Of a stretch of 64,000 bases of DNA, positions 42,758 through 53,036 are shown in pieces (the first letter of the stretch is position 1; the number at the start of each line of letters is the position of its first letter). Source of the DNA: an uncultured Alphaproteobacteria bacterium. GTDB taxonomy: Bacteria; Pseudomonadota; Alphaproteobacteria; HIMB59. The notes under the pieces are model-generated. The model saw nothing but the letters and a program-made list of their open reading frames with translations, did not search any database and was not told the DNA's origin. Made by a program: the position numbers and the translations under genes. Location: positions 7,628-71,627 of the forward strand of contig CACLZM010000004.1 in NCBI GenBank assembly GCA_902611415.1, read 5' to 3'.

Positions 42758-43944
42758 TGCTGGATAAAATATTAAAAGAGTTTTCTAGTCCTTTTTATCT
42801 TTATGATGAGGATAAAATTAAAGATAAAATAAATTTTCTAAATAATTTGGAATTAGAATTTCCTAGAAAATTTAATTTTGCTGTCAAAGCTAATCCTAAC
42901 CTTGCAATTTTAAACCTTATTCATCGTTGTGGTTTTGGAGCTGAAGTTGTCTCTGCTGGTGAACTATTTAAATCATTGAAAGCCGGGTTTGAACCAGAGG
43001 ACATTATATTTGATGGGCCAGGAAAAACTGAATTTGATTTAAAGTACGCTATCACGCAGAAAATTCACTCTATAAATGTTGAAAATATTGAGGAAGTTGA
43101 ATTCATTAATGATTACTCTTTAAGTAAAGGGCTAAAAACAAATATTGGTATAAGAATAAACCCCGATATTGATGGGTCGACCATGGATAAGATTACTACT
43201 GGTTTATCAGGAGGTAAATTCGGTATTTCAATTGATCAAATTGACTTTGATACAATCTCTAATTTAGAGGGGGTAAAATTAAAAACACTTTCTGTTCATA
43301 TAGGAAGTCAAATAACTGATTATCAGAAGTTACTTGGTTCATATGAAAATCTGATCAAAATTGCAGATGAGCAAAATCTTAAAAATAATATAAATATTGA
43401 TACTTTAGATTTCGGTGGAGGATTTGCTGTTCTTGATCACTCAGATAAAGAAATCAATTTTGATAGTTGGAAAAATAATTGTAACAAAATACTTAGTACA
43501 AAAAATTATAATATTATTTTTGAACCTGGAAGATTTATAGTAGCTGATAGCTGTGAACTTATCAGTAAAGTTTTATATATAAAAAATAGTGGCAATAAGA
43601 AAATTGCTATTATTGACTGTTCATTTTCTGAATACATACGTCCAGCTTTGTATGACATAAAGCCTCCAATAAAAGTTTCAAATAACTCAAAAGATGTTGA
43701 AATTTATGATATCGCAGGTGGAATTTGTGAGTCTACTGATTATTTTGTAAAAGATATTGAACTCCCCAAGATAAAAGTTGGAGATAATATAGTATTTATG
43801 AATGTTGGTGCTTACGGATCCTCTATGTCCTCAACTTATAATAGTCGACCTCGACCTCTAGAGATATTATTCAACAAAGATGAGTATCGTGTAATTCGAT
43901 CTCGTGATACCTTAGAAGATCTATGTAAAAATGAGATCATGTAA
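42757..43944 (+). CDS. lysA: Diaminopimelate decarboxylase
   Basis: AVKAN, RINPD, HIGSQ, EPGR, CESTD, GAYG, YNSRP. Confidence 0.95.
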   Translation: MLDKILKEFSSPFYLYDEDKIKDKINFLNNLELEFPRKFNFAVKANPNLAILNLIHRCGFGAEVVSAGELFKSLKAGFEPEDIIFDGPGKTEFDLKYAITQKIHSINVENIEEVEFINDYSLSKGLKTNIGIRINPDIDGSTMDKITTGLSGGKFGISIDQIDFDTISNLEGVKLKTLSVHIGSQITDYQKLLGSYENLIKIADEQNLKNNINIDTLDFGGGFAVLDHSDKEINFDSWKNNCNKILSTKNYNIIFEPGRFIVADSCELISKVLYIKNSGNKKIAIIDCSFSEYIRPALYDIKPPIKVSNNSKDVEIYDIAGGICESTDYFVKDIELPKIKVGDNIVFMNVGAYGSSMSSTYNSRPRPLEILFNKDEYRVIRSRDTLEDLCKNEIM

Positions 43945-44510
43945 TGATAATATTTTTAAAGCGTGTAAATATTATAATCGCCTTAATTTTATTATTTTTA
44001 ACTCTTGGTTTAATTAAATTTAAAAATAATTTATCTCATGATCCTGTAAGTAACTTTAATGTTGATGCGATTGTTGTATTAACAGGGGGGAAAGGAGAGA
44101 GAATTATTGAGGGTTATAAACAAATTGAAAAATCCAATCAAAATAAGTTATTTATTTCTGGTGTTGATAATACCTTTAATTCAGAAGTTGTATTAGTGAA
44201 TATTCTTAACTTTGATCAAAACATTGTTGAATGTTGTATTGAGGTTGGATATTTATCAAAAAATACATATGAAAATGCATTAGAAACAAGATATTGGGCC
44301 TTAGAAAAAAAAATAAAATCGATTTTATTAATTACTTCAGATTTACATATGCAACGTGCAGAATTTTTATTTAATCAACTATCAGGTTTGAAAGTAACTC
44401 CTTATTCTGTAAGCAATAGTGATATAGTCATTCCCTTTGAAAAATTGGTAGAGGAATACATTAAGTTAATTGTCTCCAAATTTGTTTTTATAAAAAAATA
44501 TGAAATTTAG
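43944..44510 (+). CDS. YdcF/DUF218 (ElyC-like) protein
   Basis: IVVLTGG..RI, NTYENA, TS..HMQRA. Confidence 0.85.
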   Translation: MIIFLKRVNIIIALILLFLTLGLIKFKNNLSHDPVSNFNVDAIVVLTGGKGERIIEGYKQIEKSNQNKLFISGVDNTFNSEVVLVNILNFDQNIVECCIEVGYLSKNTYENALETRYWALEKKIKSILLITSDLHMQRAEFLFNQLSGLKVTPYSVSNSDIVIPFEKLVEEYIKLIVSKFVFIKKYEI

Positions 44511-45171
44511 TTTTTTAGTAACATTTTATTTTACAACAGCTATTGTATTAATTATTTCTTTGTTAGGCCTTCCCTTCAAATATACAAAATTTAGATTTTT
44601 TGTACTTTTCTTTACAAGGAATATGACTGTAATTTTAAAACTGTTTGGAATTAATATAGAAGTAATTAATTCTGATTTTGCTCACAAAAAGGGTTATCTC
44701 TATGCAAGTAAACATCAGTCAATGTTTGAAACAATATACTTTAATGAGCTCTTTTATAATCCTGCATATATTTTAAAAAAAGAATTATTGAATATTCCAT
44801 TATTTGGGACCTATCTCAAAAAATTGGGAATGATTGCTATTGATAGAAAACAAGGAATCCATAGTCTTCGTTATGTAAATGAGCAAACAGCTGAATATTT
44901 AGATCATAGACCTGTAATAATTTTTCCCGAGGGAACCAGAACAACCTTTAATGATCAACCTGAGTTAAAACCTGGAATTTATTCTATGTACAAGTCTTTG
45001 AACAAGCCAGTTGTACCTATTGCTTTAAATTCTGGAAAATTTTGGCCTAAAAATAATCAGATTCATAAAGGCTCCATAAAAGTTGAGTTTAAACAACCGA
45101 TACCCCCAGGGTTGAGCAAGCAAGAATTTTTGAATAAGCTCAAAATGGAGATAAATAGCCTTAATCATTAG
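44500..45171 (+). CDS. plsC: 1-acyl-sn-glycerol-3-phosphate acyltransferase
   Basis: KHQS, KKEL, IFPEGTR. Confidence 0.85.
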   Translation: MKFSFLVTFYFTTAIVLIISLLGLPFKYTKFRFFVLFFTRNMTVILKLFGINIEVINSDFAHKKGYLYASKHQSMFETIYFNELFYNPAYILKKELLNIPLFGTYLKKLGMIAIDRKQGIHSLRYVNEQTAEYLDHRPVIIFPEGTRTTFNDQPELKPGIYSMYKSLNKPVVPIALNSGKFWPKNNQIHKGSIKVEFKQPIPPGLSKQEFLNKLKMEINSLNH

Positions 45172-46057
45172 GAATAAACTTTCCTGCCTGTCTTGCCTTA
45201 ACTATTCTATCTCTTACATTTTTGGTCTTCTTTAATTTTTTTAATAAATTTTTAGAATTTCCCTGATTGAGGGTTTTAGAAAATTTTTTTAATTCACTTA
45301 TGAAATTATTAGTCAATTTTTGAATTTGAGAATTATTTGCTAAAAATATATCCCTCCACATTTCTGGATCACTTCCTGCTACTCTAGTAAAGTCTCTAAA
45401 TCCACCAGCAGAAAATTTTACAAGCTTTGAATTTAGTGAAGACTCTTTTTTCATTGCCGTCAAAACTAATGAATAGGAAATTAAATGAGGCAAATGTGAA
45501 GTTAAGCTAAGCACATTATCATGCTCTTTTGCAGACATAATTTCTATTTTCATATTTAGTGACTTCCAAAACCTAACAATCTTATTGATGTTTGTCTTGG
45601 AAGATTTTTTTAAAGGACAAATTATATTATATCTATTTGTAAATAGTCCATCAAATCCATGTTCCAGTCCAGCTTTTTCAATACCAGCTATGGGGTGTGA
45701 GGGAATAAAATTAAATTTATATTTTTTTTGATTATATAATTTTTCTATATTTACTTTTGTTGAGCCCACATCTGTAACAATTGTTTTATCTAAATAAATG
45801 TTGCTAAGTTTTTTGAATATAGATTGATACTGGAGCATAGGTACACAAATAATTATGAGATCAATATTTAAATTGTTGATTTCTTGAAGTGATTTCAAAA
45901 CTTTTACATTATTTAATTTTGATTTATTAATTCTAATTTTAAGATTATTGGATTTATCAAAGGCAAAAATATTAACATTTTTGTATTTTTTAATAACTGA
46001 TCTTGCTATTGATGATCCAATCATTCCAAAACCAATTATGAGAATATTTTTAAACAT
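45161..46057 (-). CDS. tyrA: Prephenate/cyclohexadienyl dehydrogenase
   Basis: GFGMIGSS, DVGSTK, HPIAG, SHLPH, GFRDFTR. Confidence 0.92.
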   Translation of the reverse strand: MFKNILIIGFGMIGSSIARSVIKKYKNVNIFAFDKSNNLKIRINKSKLNNVKVLKSLQEINNLNIDLIIICVPMLQYQSIFKKLSNIYLDKTIVTDVGSTKVNIEKLYNQKKYKFNFIPSHPIAGIEKAGLEHGFDGLFTNRYNIICPLKKSSKTNINKIVRFWKSLNMKIEIMSAKEHDNVLSLTSHLPHLISYSLVLTAMKKESSLNSKLVKFSAGGFRDFTRVAGSDPEMWRDIFLANNSQIQKLTNNFISELKKFSKTLNQGNSKNLLKKLKKTKNVRDRIVKARQAGKFIPND

Positions 46058-47105
46058 TAAATTTATTCGCCGTTTTTACTGCCTTTTTCATGTCACTTTT
46101 TGTTCCAATGGTCATCCTAACAAAATTATGTAATCCATATGATGACAATGATCTGACTGTAATTTTATTGGAGTGTAAAAAATCAACAAATTTTTCAGTT
46201 ATTGATGAACTTTTGAACTTTAAAAGGATAAAATTGGCCTGAGTATCAATGGTTTCAAATAATTTGTTATTTAAGCCTTTGCAAGTAAGAGATTTGTTTA
46301 AAAAATTATTTTTTATAGAATCATTAATCCATTTTTTATTTTTCAAAGACTCTTGAGCTGCAATACATGATAATCTAGATACATTAAAAGGCTTTTTATA
46401 TTGATAGAGTTGAGAAATAAGCTTTGAATTAGCATACCCCCAACCTACTCTTAAGCCGCCTAGAGCAAATATTTTTGAAAAAGACCTTGTTATAATCAAA
46501 TTAGAATATTTTTTAACTAATTGCATTCCATCATCATATTTTTTATCTCTAATGTATTCACAGTATGCTGAGTCTAATACAACAATTGTATTTTTACTTA
46601 CTTTATTTAAAAATTTAATTAATTCATTTTTGTAAAAAATAGACCCTGTAGGATTATTGGGGTTAGCTAAAAAAACAATTTTTGTTTTTGAGCTGATAAT
46701 TTTACTTAAATTTTCTAATTTAAATTGAAACTCTTTATCATCATATTTTTTTACTTTGCATCTAAAGTGTTTTGCATAAATTGAATACATAGCAAAAGCA
46801 TATTTAGTAAAAACGACTTCATCATTGGGTTTTGCAAAAGTAGCATATATCATTTGGAGAACTTCATCTGATCCTGCGCCTAATATAATTTGATTATTAT
46901 TAATTTTATAAGTTTTAGAAATTTGATTAATTAAACTCTTTCCATCAAGCTCAGGATAGATATTTGAAAATTTAATATTTTTTTTTATTAATGACTTTAC
47001 AGATTTAGCTGGGCCATAGTTGTTCTCATTTGATGAAAGTCTTACATACCCTTTAAATACTTCTGCTCCACCCTTGTAGGTATTTTTTGGTTGGCTATTT
47101 TTCAT
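46050..47105 (-). CDS. hisC: Histidinol-phosphate aminotransferase
   Basis: LSSNEN, GSDE, NPNNPTG, RSFSK..LGGLRVG. Confidence 0.92.
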   Translation of the reverse strand: MKNSQPKNTYKGGAEVFKGYVRLSSNENNYGPAKSVKSLIKKNIKFSNIYPELDGKSLINQISKTYKINNNQIILGAGSDEVLQMIYATFAKPNDEVVFTKYAFAMYSIYAKHFRCKVKKYDDKEFQFKLENLSKIISSKTKIVFLANPNNPTGSIFYKNELIKFLNKVSKNTIVVLDSAYCEYIRDKKYDDGMQLVKKYSNLIITRSFSKIFALGGLRVGWGYANSKLISQLYQYKKPFNVSRLSCIAAQESLKNKKWINDSIKNNFLNKSLTCKGLNNKLFETIDTQANFILLKFKSSSITEKFVDFLHSNKITVRSLSSYGLHNFVRMTIGTKSDMKKAVKTANKFNV

Positions 47106-47188
47106 AATTTTTTGATAATAAATAAACTATATAAAGAAAATATCATCATTTTATATTGAAAATTAATCCAAAAAGCCTTAAATTCCAG

Positions 47189-47236
47189 TTTCACCGATTT
47201 GATAGCAGCTTGCGGGTGTAAAACAGCTAAAGCGTA
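47189..47236 (+). ncRNA. SAM-II (SAM-alpha) riboswitch
   Basis: CACC-GATTTG...GCTTGC-G-GGTG...GCTAAAGC: P1 stem plus pseudoknot pattern, in the metX leader. Confidence 0.8.
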
Positions 47237-47269
47237 TCTCCCGCAGTTATCTTTCGAACAGGTTTAAAA

Positions 47270-48391
47270 ATGAGAGAAATAATCGCAAATACTGAATATC
47301 CAGGTTTCTTACTGAAATGCCAAGAAGAGCTAAAATTGGACTCTGGTAAAAAAATTAAGAATTTTCAAATTGCTTATCAAACATATGGAAGTCTTAATGC
47401 TCAAAAAAATAATGCAATTTTAGTATGTCATGCTTTAACTGGTGATCAATTCCCTGCTGAGGAAAATCCTATAACTAAAAAAAATGGTTGGTGGGAATTA
47501 ATGATTGGGCCCGATAAGCCTATTGATACGAATAAATACTTTGTAATCTGCTCGAATGTTCTTGGGGGCTGTGTTGGAACGACAGGTCCTAATGATACTA
47601 ATCCTGATACCTCAAAATTATATGGTTTAGATTTTCCTACCATAACGATTAGAGATATGGTGAGAGTACAAAAAATACTTGTTGATGAGCTTGGAATATC
47701 CAAATTGCTTTCTGTAGCAGGTGGTTCAATGGGTGCAATGCAAGTTCTACAATGGGCTGCTACTTATCCGGAGAGTGTGAGGTCTATTATGAGTATAGCA
47801 GGTTCATTGAAACACTCTGCCCAAAATATTGCATTTGACGAGGCAGGAAGACAATCCATTATGTTGGATCCTAAATGGCAAAATGGAAGATATTTGGAGA
47901 GTAATGAAAAACCTGAGAATGGTCTCTCTGTTGCAAGAATGATAGCTCATATTACTTATTTATCTGAGAAAGCTTTTCAAAATAAATTTGGTCGAAATTT
48001 ACAAGAAAAAAATGATTTATCTTTTGGCTTTGGAATAGACTTTCAGGTCGAAAGTTATCTTCGTTATCAAGGTAGATCTTTTGTTGATCGATTTGATGCT
48101 AATAGCTATCTATATATGACTCGAGCAATGGATTATTTTGACGTGAAAGATGAAATTATTGCAAATAAAAAAATTATAATTGATAATTCGATCCGATTTC
48201 TAGTTTTATCATTTACCAGTGATTGGCTATTTCCAACAAAAGAGTCAAGAGAGATAGTATCTTTATTAAATTCTATTGGGTCCAATGTTAGTTTTGCTGA
48301 AGTCGTATCAGATAGAGGTCACGATAGTTTTTTATTAGATGAGCCACAATTTTTTAAAGTTGCTCAGGGATTTTTAAAGGGAATAAAATGA
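47270..48391 (+). CDS. metX: Homoserine O-acyltransferase MetX
   Basis: CHALTG, GGSMG, RFDANSY, GHDSFL. Confidence 0.95.
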   Translation: MREIIANTEYPGFLLKCQEELKLDSGKKIKNFQIAYQTYGSLNAQKNNAILVCHALTGDQFPAEENPITKKNGWWELMIGPDKPIDTNKYFVICSNVLGGCVGTTGPNDTNPDTSKLYGLDFPTITIRDMVRVQKILVDELGISKLLSVAGGSMGAMQVLQWAATYPESVRSIMSIAGSLKHSAQNIAFDEAGRQSIMLDPKWQNGRYLESNEKPENGLSVARMIAHITYLSEKAFQNKFGRNLQEKNDLSFGFGIDFQVESYLRYQGRSFVDRFDANSYLYMTRAMDYFDVKDEIIANKKIIIDNSIRFLVLSFTSDWLFPTKESREIVSLLNSIGSNVSFAEVVSDRGHDSFLLDEPQFFKVAQGFLKGIK

Positions 48392-48984
48392 GAAAAGACT
48401 ATGAGATCATTTTAAATTTAATTCCAGAAAACTCAAAGGTGTTGGATATTGGTTGTTCTGATGGAGAGCTAATCACTTACTTAGAAAATAAAGGAATAAG
48501 TGCTCAAGGTGTGGAATTGAGTCAAGAAAAAGTAATCAAATGTTTGGAAAAAGGATTAGATGTAATACACGGTGATATAAATTTAATAGTTGAAGATTTT
48601 CCATTTAATCAATTCGATTATTGTCTTTTGACTCAGACAATTCAGGCAGTTCAAGAACCAGACCAATTATTAAACACCCTCAAAAAAGTAAGTAAAAATA
48701 TCATTGTTAGCTTTAATAATTCGGCACGTCTGAGTAAAATTTCAAATTTTCTTTTAACAGGAAGTTTTGACTCACTTTTAAAAAAAGCAAATAGTGATCA
48801 CTGGTATAATACTGATTATATTCACCCATGTAGCATCAAAGATTTTAAAAAATTAGCAACAGATTTAAATCTAAAAATAATTTCAACTTTTGATGTCCTT
48901 TCTCAAAAGAAATTTGAAAATGGTAAAATTCCTTCAAATTTATTTTGTAAAGAAGTTCTCTTCCATATTACTAATGAACAATAA
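48388..48984 (+). CDS. metW: Methionine biosynthesis protein MetW
   Basis: [21 protein letters not shown]; coupled to metX. Confidence 0.9.
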   Translation: MRKDYEIILNLIPENSKVLDIGCSDGELITYLENKGISAQGVELSQEKVIKCLEKGLDVIHGDINLIVEDFPFNQFDYCLLTQTIQAVQEPDQLLNTLKKVSKNIIVSFNNSARLSKISNFLLTGSFDSLLKKANSDHWYNTDYIHPCSIKDFKKLATDLNLKIISTFDVLSQKKFENGKIPSNLFCKEVLFHITNEQ

Positions 48985-49330
48985 AAATATAATTTTTGTC
49001 TATAACGCCAAAGGTGGTAAATGGAACTATATTCTTGATACAGTCCATAAATATGCCTCCCCTAACACCTATGATTGCAATTTATGTAAAATTACTCACG
49101 ACCTGAAAATGCGCGAATCGTGGAAGAAATTTATAGAGGGCTCAAAACATAATTTTAAGTTTTTACATTCTGAAGAATTGGAAAAATTTAATCTTTTAAA
49201 TTACAAAGATGACCTGCCTATATGTCTTGAGGAAAAAGAAGGTAAATACAAATTATTGATAGATAAGAAACAAATGAATGAATTTAAAAATGAATTTGAA
49301 TTAATCAATATTTTAGAAAAGATATTATAA
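48974..49330 (+). CDS. Conserved hypothetical protein
   Basis: IFVYNA...HK..SP..Y.C.LC.ITH pattern; ATG at 48974. Confidence 0.7.
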   Translation: MNNKNIIFVYNAKGGKWNYILDTVHKYASPNTYDCNLCKITHDLKMRESWKKFIEGSKHNFKFLHSEELEKFNLLNYKDDLPICLEEKEGKYKLLIDKKQMNEFKNEFELINILEKIL

Positions 49331-50077
49331 ACCGACTAAACCCAAATAAATTAATCGAAGTGAGCCTATCACTACAAAAATATTAATAATGGTAAAAAAA
49401 GAATTATCTGAAAGTTTACTATTCATCCAGTGACCCAAAATTACTCCTATTACTGCAATTGGTGAAAAAATTAAATAATTATATAACTTCTCAAAGTTTA
49501 ATATTTCCAAATAGAAATACGGGATTAGTTTAAATAAATTTATTAACGCAATAGAAAAAACAACGCCTGCAACAAACTGGACTTTTTTATTATAAATTGA
49601 CATAAAATATATATTTAATGGTAATCCTCCAGAGTGAAGCACAAAACTAGTAAATCCTGCTAGCGCTCCCCAAAAAGATTTACTTCCATAAAAGGGTATT
49701 TTTTTTAAATTTCTGTTGTCTGCGATTAAGTAATTAAGCAAAACATATAGTAAGGAAATTGATCCAATAAAAATACTTATCATCGATAAATTGATAAATT
49801 TAAACAAGATTGTTCCAATAATAACACCCAATAAAGAATATGGTGCAATTGACCATAAAATTTTATATTCAAAATGTTTTTTATTTAAAAACAAAGCAAT
49901 TACATCACATACAATTAACATTGGCATTAATATAGCTATTGCAGTTAAAGGACCATAAGTTATGGATAATAGAGTTACTGAAATTAAAGCCAATCCACCC
50001 CCTGAAAAACCTGATTTTGAAATTGCAAATAAAAGAATAGAAAAAGAAACTATTAAGTAATAACTAAAATCTAACAA
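49325..50077 (-). CDS. TauE/SafE family membrane exporter
   Basis: SKSGFSGG, GFTSFVLHSGG; ~8 TM. Confidence 0.85.
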   Translation of the reverse strand: MLDFSYYLIVSFSILLFAISKSGFSGGGLALISVTLLSITYGPLTAIAILMPMLIVCDVIALFLNKKHFEYKILWSIAPYSLLGVIIGTILFKFINLSMISIFIGSISLLYVLLNYLIADNRNLKKIPFYGSKSFWGALAGFTSFVLHSGGLPLNIYFMSIYNKKVQFVAGVVFSIALINLFKLIPYFYLEILNFEKLYNYLIFSPIAVIGVILGHWMNSKLSDNSFFTIINIFVVIGSLRLIYLGLVGL

Positions 50078-50117
50078 AAATTTATCCTATATTTTAAAAT
50101 CTCAATATAAATTAATA

Positions 50118-50825
50118 TTAAGTCGGTACAAAATTTTTAATAGGTATTTTTTTTTGTTTTTTTGAACTCTTTGCGTAAACAATCTTTTTACATACGCAAA
50201 TCATTAGTCCTCCCATATAAGGAAAAAATAATTTGCCAATTTTTTCAATTGTTCGATGTGATTTGTAATTTAAATAATGACTCCATGGAGGAAAGTGTAA
50301 AAATGTTTTTCTATAATCAAGAACCAAAAAGTCTTGTATTAGTGATTTAAATTGCTTGTTTGAGTAAGATCTACCAAACCCAAAAGGATTGTTATCATAC
50401 CGAGTCCATATACCTGACCTTCTGGGAATAATTGATAAAAATAAACCATTTGGCTTAAGTATTCTCCATATTTCTTCAATACTACTCTGGGGCTTATCAA
50501 CGAACTCAAGTAAATGAGTGGATATTACCACATCTACTGAACTTGGATCCAAAGGTAAGAAATATTCATGTATTATTTGGTGTTCGAAATCGTATTTCTC
50601 TTTGACATTACCATCTAAAAATTCTGGCTGCATAGAGGATATTTGTAAATTTTTATTTTGCTTACTGAGAAAAGAGAGAAAAGGGTTTGTATAACCATAT
50701 CCACAAATAACACTATCGTTTACAGAATTTAAATGGGTGTTTAATTGATGACGTATGTTGCGTTTAACAATAGTGCCTAGTCTTGAATTATAAAAACTAT
50801 AAATATCGGATGCGTTGATATCCAT
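50118..50825 (-). CDS. Class I SAM methyltransferase-like protein (YafS-like)
   Basis: FYNSRLG, HLLEF, EIWRILKPNG, PFGFGRSY; divergent from gloB. Confidence 0.82.
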   Translation of the reverse strand: MDINASDIYSFYNSRLGTIVKRNIRHQLNTHLNSVNDSVICGYGYTNPFLSFLSKQNKNLQISSMQPEFLDGNVKEKYDFEHQIIHEYFLPLDPSSVDVVISTHLLEFVDKPQSSIEEIWRILKPNGLFLSIIPRRSGIWTRYDNNPFGFGRSYSNKQFKSLIQDFLVLDYRKTFLHFPPWSHYLNYKSHRTIEKIGKLFFPYMGGLMICVCKKIVYAKSSKKQKKIPIKNFVPT

Positions 50826-50865
50826 AGTTGTATTTTAACGAGATTTACATAACATTCTATTTCTT

Positions 50866-51627
50866 ATGCAAAAACCTAATGTGTATTTGTTTCCCCAATT
50901 GGATGATAACTATGGATATTTAATTAAAAATCCTCATGAAACAAAAGGAGTGCTAGTTGATCCCTCAGATCCAGATATGTGTTTGAAGATACTTGAGCTA
51001 AATGATTGCAGTGCTTCTCACATAATCATTACACATCATCACGATGATCACATTGGTGCTGTTGATGAAATTAAATCAAGATTTAAATCCTTAGTCATAG
51101 GGTACAAAAATGACTCCAAAATACCAAAACCAGATAAAGAAGTTGAAGATCAGGAAATTTTTGAAATACATGGAAATGAATATAAAGTCATACATACTCC
51201 TGGGCATACGCTTCAACACATAAATTATTTTATGCTAAAACATAATATTTTATTTTCTGGGGATACTCTATTTAGCATTGGATGTGGAAGAATGTTTGAG
51301 GGAAATCCTGAAGTTTTTTGGAACAGTTTGGTTAAGTTAAAAAAATTACCTGAAGATACAAAAGTATATTGTGGGCATGAATATACGATGGCTAACTTAA
51401 AATTTGCCCTAAACATAGACCCTGATAATGAAAAGCTTAATGAATACTATAAATGGGCCTCACACCAAGAAAAAGAGCATCGACCAACAATTCCAACAAC
51501 TCTCTCAGACCAATTGCTCTGCAATCCATTTTTGAGATGTGACACAGATCAATTTATGAAATTTTTTAACACACAAAATGCAACAGAGGTGTTTGCTAAA
51601 ATGCGCTCAGCTAAGGATAATTTCTAG
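50866..51627 (+). CDS. gloB: Hydroxyacylglutathione hydrolase
   Basis: DNY, THHHDDH, TPGHT, GDTLF..GCGR, GHEYT, NPFLR. Confidence 0.95.
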   Translation: MQKPNVYLFPQLDDNYGYLIKNPHETKGVLVDPSDPDMCLKILELNDCSASHIIITHHHDDHIGAVDEIKSRFKSLVIGYKNDSKIPKPDKEVEDQEIFEIHGNEYKVIHTPGHTLQHINYFMLKHNILFSGDTLFSIGCGRMFEGNPEVFWNSLVKLKKLPEDTKVYCGHEYTMANLKFALNIDPDNEKLNEYYKWASHQEKEHRPTIPTTLSDQLLCNPFLRCDTDQFMKFFNTQNATEVFAKMRSAKDNF

Positions 51628-51653
51628 AAAATTATTTTAATCTTGGTGTTTTA

Positions 51654-51926
51654 ATGAAATGTGCTAGTTTCAGAATACTTATGAAAGACACTTTTCAATT
51701 AGATAGCGATATTGCTGATGCTTTTCAAAAAAAGCAAATGGATAAACTATCCTCTCTTTACTATGAAGCAGCAAATTACTTCGAAGATAAGGCTGATATT
51801 GAAGCAGCATGTTTTTTCTATACACAAGCCTTAGTAATGGCTTTAGAAGAAAATCATGAACTTAAGGAAAAGATTATTTACAAGCTTGAAAAATACGGCA
51901 GAAGTAAAGACGCAACTTTAAATTAA
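51654..51926 (+). CDS. Hypothetical helical protein
   Basis: 90 aa ORF (AACFFYTQALVMALE); start may be ATG at 51681. Confidence 0.65.
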   Translation: MKCASFRILMKDTFQLDSDIADAFQKKQMDKLSSLYYEAANYFEDKADIEAACFFYTQALVMALEENHELKEKIIYKLEKYGRSKDATLN

Positions 51927-51937
51927 ATAAAATCTGA

Positions 51938-52615
51938 GTGGAAAAACCTACCATTCAACTTCCTGATACTTGGCTTAGACATTTAAAAGAGGAATTTAAT
52001 CAAGATTATATGATTAAACTCAAAAGCAAACTTTTAGAATTAAAAAAAAATAAAATTATTTTTTATCCTCCAGGAAAACAAATTTTTAATGCATTTAATT
52101 TGACTCCTTTAGACAAGGTGAAAGTAGTGATATTAGGTCAAGATCCCTACCATGGACCTGGCCAAGCTCATGGGCTAAGTTTTTCTGTACCAGAAAATAT
52201 AAAACCACCGCCCTCACTTTTGAATATATATAAAGAACTTCAAGATGACTTAAAAAAAGAGGTTAATTACAACAATGGTAATTTAGATAAGTGGGCTAAG
52301 CAGGGAGTATTTCTTTTAAACACAACTCTTACAGTAGAAAAATCAAAACCCCTCTCACATCAAAAGTTTGGTTGGGATATTTTTACAGACAAAGTTATCT
52401 CAGTTATCAGTAATGAATTAGAAAATATTGTTTTTATATTATGGGGTTCGTTTGCTCAATCAAAGAAAGAGATAATTGATTCGAATAAACATCTTATTTT
52501 ATCAGCACCGCACCCTTCCCCATTATCGGCTCACCGCGGTTTTTTTGGGAGTAAGCCTTTTTCTAAGACAAATACCTTTCTAAAATCAAAACAAATTGAT
52601 ATGGTTGAGTGGTAA
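51938..52615 (+). CDS. ung: Uracil-DNA glycosylase family 1
   Basis: GQDPYH, PPSL, LLN, HPSPLS. Confidence 0.97.
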   Translation: MEKPTIQLPDTWLRHLKEEFNQDYMIKLKSKLLELKKNKIIFYPPGKQIFNAFNLTPLDKVKVVILGQDPYHGPGQAHGLSFSVPENIKPPPSLLNIYKELQDDLKKEVNYNNGNLDKWAKQGVFLLNTTLTVEKSKPLSHQKFGWDIFTDKVISVISNELENIVFILWGSFAQSKKEIIDSNKHLILSAPHPSPLSAHRGFFGSKPFSKTNTFLKSKQIDMVEW

Positions 52616-53031
52616 TGAAGACTGATGTTGAAAATCTCGTAGGGTTTATTGAAAAAGCAGTTATTGCAATAATATTAGTAGCTACTATTACAGCCATTAT
52701 GTTTGAGATAATGAGAATGATAGAAGTTCAGTATGTAGAGTTAGCTGATCTACTCCTCTTGTTTATTTATGTTGAGGTTATTGGAATGGTTCGAGTCTAC
52801 TATGTTTCCAATCGTGTTAGAATGACATATCCCTTATTTATTGCTATTACCGCTTTATCTCGTCTTATTATACTTCAAGGTAAAGACTCAAACCCAGAGC
52901 TTCTTCTTTACGAAGCAGGAGCAATAGTCTTAGTTGCGATTGCAGTCATCATTCTTCGACTTAGGTATGTCCCAATACTTCGTCCTATTGAAGATGTTGA
53001 TGAAATTAAACCTAGAAGCACGAAAAAGTAA
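52615..53031 (+). CDS. PsiE family membrane protein
   Basis: LADLLLLFIYVE, IAITALSRLII; TAATG coupling to ung. Confidence 0.85.
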   Translation: MKTDVENLVGFIEKAVIAIILVATITAIMFEIMRMIEVQYVELADLLLLFIYVEVIGMVRVYYVSNRVRMTYPLFIAITALSRLIILQGKDSNPELLLYEAGAIVLVAIAVIILRLRYVPILRPIEDVDEIKPRSTKK

Positions 53032-53036
53032 TAAAA

